Assembly: GCA_965228895.1 (NCBI GenBank)
Contig: OZ245842.1
Location: 2,016,001-2,080,000 of the forward strand
Reading direction: 5' to 3'
Source: Alphaproteobacteria bacterium
GTDB taxonomy: Bacteria; Pseudomonadota; Alphaproteobacteria; SP197
Length of the DNA stretch: 64,000 nt
The translations under genes were made by a program, and so were the position numbers. A model generated the notes under the pieces. That model was not told the origin of the DNA. It searched no databases and was given only the letters and a program-made list of their open reading frames with translations. This document shows positions 58,336 to 64,000 of this stretch, in pieces (the first letter of the stretch is position 1; every line of letters begins with the position of its first letter).

Positions 58336-59433
58336 ATGAATACGTTCGGTAAAGCGACCCTTCTGGCCGGCGCCTCCGCCGTTGCCATGGGTCTGGCCAC
58401 CACCCAGGCTTCCGCTTTTGAGGATGTCGATTGGGACTGGTACGCCAACATCTACGAGAAGATCTTCATCAAGGTTAAGATCGATCCCACATTCGATCCC
58501 TCGGGTCTGGTTCAGGTCGAGAAGCTTCAGATCTTTGTTGGCGACGTGAAGGCCAACGCTTGGGTCGACGCTGTCCTGCACAAGCCTGCCGCGCCTGGCT
58601 ACGAGATCAAGACTCTGACCTCGAGCACGACCGGTGAGTTCTCGGGCACGTTCGAAGGCGGCTTCAAGGGCGTTACCAAGGGCGTGGTTCTCGACGAAGA
58701 GATCGCCTACCTGAAGAAGGGCAAGAAATGCTCGGGCAACTGGTGGGATCGCAAGTGCGAAGACGTCCTGATTCCCAAGTACGTCGATGACAAGGATCCG
58801 TTCTATGGCGTGACCTACGGCAAGCTCGGCGGCACGTTCGGCGGCGAGTTCAGCTCGTACACCGAGTATGACGTGATCATTCCGGATCCGTTCACTCTTG
58901 ACCAGCTGCCGTTGGTTGAGATTGCGGCGACCGCGATCGGCAACGCCGAGAGCATCGACTCCGACGTGGCCGTGATGGTCCACGAAGGTCAGTTCGTCGT
59001 TGGTGATGGCGACGACGGTCACCTCCCGTATTGGGTTGGCGACGCCAACGCCCACACATCGCTGGCTGATGCGCTTCTCTACATGGCCCTCGACGGTCAG
59101 CTGGAGAAGGCCACCATCTCGGCCAATGCTGGCTCGTACTACATCCAGCAGGCTCAGGCTGACATCTCCGCGACTGCTGTTGCCAACTCGAACAGCATAA
59201 ACGTTGATGCCGCCTCGCGTGACGATGCGATCGTGATCGCTGACCTCACCCAGTTCGCGTATGCCGATGTCTCGGCCAACGCTTACCTGGGCGTGCACTA
59301 TCTCGACAACTATGTCGACCTCGGCACGATGGTTGATGCTGACGGCGTCCGCCAGGCTGTGACTTCGGTTACCGCCACGGCCGTTGGCAACGTCTCCAGC
59401 ATCACGGTCTGCGCCGTCAACTGCGGCGACTAA
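58336..59433 (+). CDS. Secreted beta-rich repeat protein (HfaD-like ATAxGN repeats); candidate fibre/anchor major subunit
   Basis: Signal peptide ending QASA; repeats AATAIGN, SATAVAN, TATAVGN and Q...(G/A)DV.ANA; AAGGAG RBS. Confidence 0.75.
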   Translation: MNTFGKATLLAGASAVAMGLATTQASAFEDVDWDWYANIYEKIFIKVKIDPTFDPSGLVQVEKLQIFVGDVKANAWVDAVLHKPAAPGYEIKTLTSSTTGEFSGTFEGGFKGVTKGVVLDEEIAYLKKGKKCSGNWWDRKCEDVLIPKYVDDKDPFYGVTYGKLGGTFGGEFSSYTEYDVIIPDPFTLDQLPLVEIAATAIGNAESIDSDVAVMVHEGQFVVGDGDDGHLPYWVGDANAHTSLADALLYMALDGQLEKATISANAGSYYIQQAQADISATAVANSNSINVDAASRDDAIVIADLTQFAYADVSANAYLGVHYLDNYVDLGTMVDADGVRQAVTSVTATAVGNVSSITVCAVNCGD

Positions 59434-59489
59434 GACTGTGTGAGGTGTAAGGTTCGGGTGACAGTTTGATCATCCGCAAGTGTTGGGAA

Positions 59490-59519
59490 GCCGGGATGCA
59501 GCAGGTGCTGCATCCCGGC
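59490..59519. repeat. Perfect 14-bp inverted repeat (intercistronic hairpin, no U-tract)
   Basis: GCCGGGATGCAGCA-GG-TGCTGCATCCCGGC. Confidence 0.85.
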
Positions 59520-59579
59520 GACCCTCCTCTCCCGCAAACACTCTTGGATCGGCAAATCCTGTTCGGAAGGAGAAGAATG

Positions 59580-59990
59580 ATGGTAACAAAGTTTCGGAAC
59601 ATCGCCGCCGCCCTGGCTGCTACGGCCGCTATCGGCGCAATTGCTGCGCCTGCCGGCGCGCAGATGTTCGAGGGCGCCTATCAGAACAACAACCGCGACG
59701 GCCTGAGCAGCGCTGTGGTGATGAAGCAGGTTGATGAAGGCCTGTTCTCGCAACAGCAGCCGGTTGTTTCCGGTGGCAGCAGCGGCGGCGGCGACATTCT
59801 GCTGTGCGGCTCCGACGAGTCACAGTCGTCCGCCACCGCCAACTCGTCCTGCATCATCATCGGTGACGGCGCCACCGCCATCATCGACATGGGCCAGGAC
59901 AGCCTTGGCGACCAGGACGCCAACGCGGAATCGAACCAGGAAGTCAACGGCGATCTGTCAGACGCCCTGGAGTCCCTTAGCGGCGGTTGA
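59580..59990 (+). CDS. Small secreted S/G/D/Q-rich protein (HfaA-like C-terminal motif)
   Basis: AGGAG RBS; signal peptide ending PAGA; SSATANSSCIIIGDGATAIIDMGQDSLGDQDANA. Confidence 0.72.
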   Translation: MVTKFRNIAAALAATAAIGAIAAPAGAQMFEGAYQNNNRDGLSSAVVMKQVDEGLFSQQQPVVSGGSSGGGDILLCGSDESQSSATANSSCIIIGDGATAIIDMGQDSLGDQDANAESNQEVNGDLSDALESLSGG

Positions 59991-60103
59991 TGCTTGTGGG
60001 CGTTCGACGTCTATGGCTCACATAGTTTTTCTCGTCTCCTGACCCACGTTCAGGGCCGAGCCTGAGAGATAAAAGGGCATCCCAGGATGTCAAAGCGGGA
60101 TAG

Positions 60104-60142
60104 CGCCCGCCCGAACGTCGAAAGACGATCAGGCGGGCGTTT
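60104..60142 (+). terminator. Probable terminator hairpin
   Basis: CGCCCGCC..CGTC-GAAA-GACG..GGCGGGCG-TTT. Confidence 0.5.
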
Positions 60143-60370
60143 CGCATTCACAGCCTTGAAACAAATTCAACGACGTATGGCGATATGCGTAGGGCGTGAC
60201 TGGTGTCATAGCCCATTGCGAACGAATGACGCATGGTGGTCGCGATCAGATCGAACACTGGGCGATGGCCGCCGGTTACCCAACCTTGTCCCGGTCACTG
60301 ACCTGATCGACGTCGCATAAGGGTCTCCTTGGGTTCTTTTGCAGCCTGCACCTGGGAAAGTGCATAAATC

Positions 60371-61813
60371 ATGCTTTTTTTGACAGATAGCTTGGGATCC
60401 GTCAGCGATCACGCCACGGAACGGCGTTGGTCGGGAACCGACATTGCCACGGCTGCCCGGCAGCGCCATAAGGCGCTTGTCGACGGTGGGGTCGGGCCAG
60501 GCGACACGGTCGCTTTGTGGCAGGCGGGCTCGGGCGCTTTTTTTGCCGATCTTCTTGGCGCTTGGGCTGCCGGGGCGGCGGTTGCCGTCCTCAACCCCGG
60601 CCTGACGCCAGAGGAGATCGACAAGGTGGTCGGCCACATTCATCCGAAAATGGTGCTGGTCGATGGCGAACTCGATAGGGGCCGCTCGATCTTCACGATC
60701 CCGGTTATCGACTTCGGGGCGTCGGTTGGGCCGGACATGGCGTCCCGGACGGACCGGCGCCCTGCTCTCGACGATCCCGCCCTTATGTTGTTTACGTCCG
60801 GCACGACGGGTACGCCTAAGGGCGTCGTGCACACGTTCCGCTCGCTTGTCGCGCGACTGGCGCTGAACGAGACCTTTATGGGACGGGCCGATATGCGCCG
60901 GACGTTGTGCACACTGCCGACCCATTTCGGCCACGGCTTGATCGGCAATTGCCTGACACCGCTGCTTGATGGCGGCGATGTCGTGTTGATGGCCGGCAGC
61001 GACGCGCGTGCGGTGATGCAGCTTGGCGCGACCCTTGACCGGTACGCGATCACCTTCATGAGTTCGGTGCCTGCCTTGTGGAAGATGGCACTCAAGATGT
61101 CGAAGCCGCCGCAGGACGCAACGCTCCGTCGTGTTCACATTGGATCCGCGCCGTTGTCCGCCGATCTTTGGTCCAAGGTCGTCGATTGGTGCGGCACCAG
61201 GAACGTCGTCAACATGTATGGCATCACCGAAACCGCCAACTGGATCGGCGGTGCGTCTGCCGAAGACTTCGAGCCCCAGGACGGCCTGGTCGGCAGGTTG
61301 TGGGGCGGCCAGGCGGGCGTTCTGGGCGAGAGTGGTGACGTGCGAAGTGAAGGCGAGGGCGAGATCCTCATTCAGGCTCCGTCTCTTATGGCCGGCTATT
61401 TTGACCTTGATGATCTGACATCCCAGGTCCTCAAGGACGGTTGGTTTCATACCGGCGATATCGGCCGCCTTGAAGGCGGCGTCATCCGTCTGACGGGCCG
61501 TGAGAAGTACGAGATCAACCGAGCCGGCATGAAAGTCCATCCCGAGGACATCGATTTGCTTCTGGAGCGTCATGAAGGCGTCGTGGAGGCGTGTGCCTTC
61601 GGCGTCCCTGATCCGATCGTCGGCGAGGTCGTCTGCGTTGCCGTGGTGCTTGACGATGGAAAGGACATCAATGACATCAAGGCGTGGTGCGCCCAACGGC
61701 TGGTTCGCGAAAAGAACCCGGAGAAGTGGTTTGTTCTGGATGCGATACCCAAGACAGACCGAGGCAAGATAAATCGAAAGGTAGTCGCCGACGCCTGCTT
61801 TTCGACGATTTGA
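60371..61813 (+). CDS. Class I adenylate-forming enzyme (acyl-CoA/acyl-ACP ligase)
   Basis: FTSGTTGTPKG, YGITE, GWFHTGDIG, GR.K..INRAG.KVHPEDI, PKTDRGK. Confidence 0.92.
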   Translation: MLFLTDSLGSVSDHATERRWSGTDIATAARQRHKALVDGGVGPGDTVALWQAGSGAFFADLLGAWAAGAAVAVLNPGLTPEEIDKVVGHIHPKMVLVDGELDRGRSIFTIPVIDFGASVGPDMASRTDRRPALDDPALMLFTSGTTGTPKGVVHTFRSLVARLALNETFMGRADMRRTLCTLPTHFGHGLIGNCLTPLLDGGDVVLMAGSDARAVMQLGATLDRYAITFMSSVPALWKMALKMSKPPQDATLRRVHIGSAPLSADLWSKVVDWCGTRNVVNMYGITETANWIGGASAEDFEPQDGLVGRLWGGQAGVLGESGDVRSEGEGEILIQAPSLMAGYFDLDDLTSQVLKDGWFHTGDIGRLEGGVIRLTGREKYEINRAGMKVHPEDIDLLLERHEGVVEACAFGVPDPIVGEVVCVAVVLDDGKDINDIKAWCAQRLVREKNPEKWFVLDAIPKTDRGKINRKVVADACFSTI

Positions 61814-61886
61814 ACCCGTAACCGCGGCGGCCCGGTCCGCGGCTTATGTGCAACCCACCATTACCTTGCCCACTCGGAGTTTCCCC

Positions 61887-62474
61887 ATGCCAGCGAACAC
61901 ACCTCGCCCCAAACCGATCAGGCTGGTGACCGACCGGTTCTTGCTGCGAACGTTACGGCCGCAAGACGTCACGCCGTCGCTTTTGGCGTGGATTGCCGAT
62001 CCTGAAGTCATGGAGCCGATCAACCAGCGGCCCATTCAGATCTCCCGCGAGCGGATGGCAGGCATCATCGCTTCATGCGACGGCGTCGAAGATACCTACA
62101 TCGGCATCTTCGAGCGCAAGTCCAGCACGTATATCGGCAACTACATGCTCCACTTCGATCGAAAGGAGCTGACGGTGACCTTCGACGTTCTTATTGGCGA
62201 TAAGTCCTTCTGGGGCCAAAAGGTTGTCCTTGAGACCCGTCCGGTGCTGTTGGACCATGTTTTCAAGTACGGCTTTGAGAAGGCAGTTGGCCGCCCGCCG
62301 GCGCGAAACTTCGCGTCGGTTTTCAACTACAAGACGGAAGGTTGGCGATTGGAGGGCATCCTGAAAGGTCAGCTGAAGCACCGCTATGGCGAGGGTCGGC
62401 TGGATCAGTATGAGTTTGGACTTTTGAAAGACGAGTGGCTCGCAATGCGTAAGGAGAGGCGTGATGACGATTAA
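61887..62474 (+). CDS. GNAT family (RimJ/RimL/PseH-like) acyltransferase, copy 1
   Basis: TDRFLLRTL, IGN, LIGDKSFWG, N.ASV..Y...GWRLEGILK. Confidence 0.82.
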   Translation: MPANTPRPKPIRLVTDRFLLRTLRPQDVTPSLLAWIADPEVMEPINQRPIQISRERMAGIIASCDGVEDTYIGIFERKSSTYIGNYMLHFDRKELTVTFDVLIGDKSFWGQKVVLETRPVLLDHVFKYGFEKAVGRPPARNFASVFNYKTEGWRLEGILKGQLKHRYGEGRLDQYEFGLLKDEWLAMRKERRDDD

Positions 62475-62703
62475 CCTTGATTGTGCTCGAGAAATCCTTG
62501 CGGCCGCGCTCGAGATAACGACCGATCGTGTCCCGGGTTCCGCACGGCTGGGCGACCCCGAGGCTTGGGACAGCTTGGCCCATTTGCGGTTGATCCTGGC
62601 GATCGAGGAAAAACTGGGGCGCGAACTCGGCGCCGAACAGATCATCGAGATCGAGTGCCTCGAGGATGTCGCGGGATTGCTGGACGGTCATGCCACCGAC
62701 TGA
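62464..62703 (+). CDS. Acyl carrier protein
   Basis: About 79 aa and acidic; WDSLAHL phosphopantetheine site; AAGGAGAGG RBS. Confidence 0.88.
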   Translation: MTINLDCAREILAAALEITTDRVPGSARLGDPEAWDSLAHLRLILAIEEKLGRELGAEQIIEIECLEDVAGLLDGHATD

Positions 62704-63337
62704 CAAGAAACCGGTCCCGGTCAGACTTACCACCGAACGCTTTCTTTTGCGTTCACTGGAACCGGGTGATGCGACGGAGCGGTTCGCCGCCTGGCTGGCC
62801 GACCCGGAGGTGATGAAGCCGCTCAACAAGCCGTCAAGCCAACTGACCGTCCAGCAGCTGCAGGGAATCATCCTGGCCTGCGACGGAATCAATACCTTTC
62901 AGATCGGCATTTTCGAGCGTCGGTCAAAAACGCATATCGGCAACTTCTACGTCTACCTTGATAACGTGCATCAATTGGCGACCTTTGACGTGTTGATCGG
63001 TGACACCGGCTTTTGGGGTAGCAAGGTGGTCAACGAGTGTCGCGCTGCCTTGCTCGATCATTTCTTCCGCGTGCGCGGTGTCGAAAAGGTCATCGGTCGA
63101 CCGCTCGCGCGAAACTTTTCCTCTGTTTTCAACTACAAGACCCAGGGCTGGCATCTGGAAGGTATTCTGAAAAGCCACTGGAAATCGTTCTATGGTGAAG
63201 GCCGGCTCGACCAGTACAAATTCAGCATGCTGAAGGATGATTGGCGGTCCCGACAAAAGGCCAACCAGCCCACACCCAAACAACCCAAACAGAAAAAGGG
63301 CGGTCGCAAAAAGACTGTGGTCGGCTCAAGTCGTTGA
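62690..63337 (+). CDS. GNAT family (RimJ/RimL/PseH-like) acyltransferase, copy 2
   Basis: TERFLLRSL, LIGDTGFWG, ARNFSSVFNYKTQGWHLEGILK; clear paralog of 61887-62474. Confidence 0.82.
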   Translation: MPPTDKKPVPVRLTTERFLLRSLEPGDATERFAAWLADPEVMKPLNKPSSQLTVQQLQGIILACDGINTFQIGIFERRSKTHIGNFYVYLDNVHQLATFDVLIGDTGFWGSKVVNECRAALLDHFFRVRGVEKVIGRPLARNFSSVFNYKTQGWHLEGILKSHWKSFYGEGRLDQYKFSMLKDDWRSRQKANQPTPKQPKQKKGGRKKTVVGSSR

Positions 63338-64000
63338 GCAGGCATTCCACCCGACCTCTGATGCGCTACCCGTCTATCATCAACCGCAGATCTACGTCGC
63401 ATGTCTCAGAATGCCCACAGTTGTGTCCCACAACCGCACGGTGCCGGCCTGGCGGCCGGATCGGACCTACCGTGTCAAACGGAAGCTACACCGATGATCT
63501 GGAAGGGCCGTCGATTGGGTGCGTGGGCAGGTTTGTGGGTTCTGTTATGATGAGAGGTGCGGGGCATCCGTGTAGGATCAGAGTTAAGGAGAGCGTGTGA
63601 CGAGGTATCGACACAGGCCTTCGGCGAATAAGTTAGGCAGCACGCCATCACAACGCCGGTTGTTCGGGCGCCGTACGTTTGTGCTTGTGCTGCTGTCCGG
63701 TCTGATCGCCGCTGCAACGGTTGGCTCCTTTGTCACGAGTAGTGTCCGCGCTGTGGAGCCGTACTTCTGTATCGAGTTGGTGCTGTCACGAAACTGGCCG
63801 GCTGCGCAGTTCTACTGCGATGCCGCATCGATGCCCGACGACATCGGCATCGTACTGGCTGAGGGCATCGCTTACTACTTTGGTGCGCAAAACGCCGGCG
63901 ATGTGGCCCATGCCGGACGACTGTGGCGAAGCCTGCCACCATTGGCGAATGTAGGCGAGTGGCGCAATGTCGCCGGCGTCTATGACGCGGAAATCGACAT

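Noticed and set aside
57244-63883. TAC(G/T)ACTTTGG seen at 57244-57254 and 63873-63883 as a possible LuxR/NarL site
   Set aside because: Only two short non-palindromic matches; cannot be distinguished from chance without a motif search
63338-64000. Short ORFs in the terminal 660 bp
   Set aside because: No coding signal; probably intergenic DNA upstream of a gene outside the window
1-64000. CRISPR arrays, IS elements, integrases, prophage genes, rRNA
   Set aside because: No regularly spaced repeats, terminal inverted repeats, or transposase/integrase/phage motifs were recognised

Overview
High-GC alphaproteobacterial chromosome segment (divK-pleD, eipB, phasin and CtrA-type box point to Alphaproteobacteria; a Rhodospirillales-like host is only my impression). 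1-35.6 kb is mostly housekeeping: phasin, clpS-clpA, divK-pleD, rpmG, rnr-topA-dprA-plsY-pyrC-pyrB-ruvX and gatCAB. It also holds an unusual tandem two-domain Cys/Met-metabolism PLP enzyme and ends in tRNA-Ser(GCT). Two accessory blocks follow the tRNA. (A) 35.8-52.0 kb is a catabolic cluster: kinase, Tat-exported ABC importer, SDR, luciferase-like monooxygenase, GMC oxidoreductase, proline-racemase-family enzyme, HpcH aldolase, D-amino-acid dehydrogenase and IclR. It ends in a GlmL/MutL-type ATPase coupled to a single-chain 583-aa cobalamin-binding protein that looks like an uncharacterised AdoCbl mutase. A shared 18-bp palindrome lies before both the importer and the mutase operon. (B) 54.5-63.3 kb is a candidate surface-fibre/adhesin locus. 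It has two LuxR/NarL regulators, a CsgG/HfaB-type lipoprotein channel preceded by a perfect CtrA box, three Sec-exported G/S/N/A-rich proteins (two with HfaA/HfaD-like ATAxGN repeats), and an AMP-ligase/GNAT/ACP/GNAT acyl-transfer cassette. No CRISPR array, integrase, transposase or rRNA was seen. All family calls come from motif recognition by eye, not database searches.
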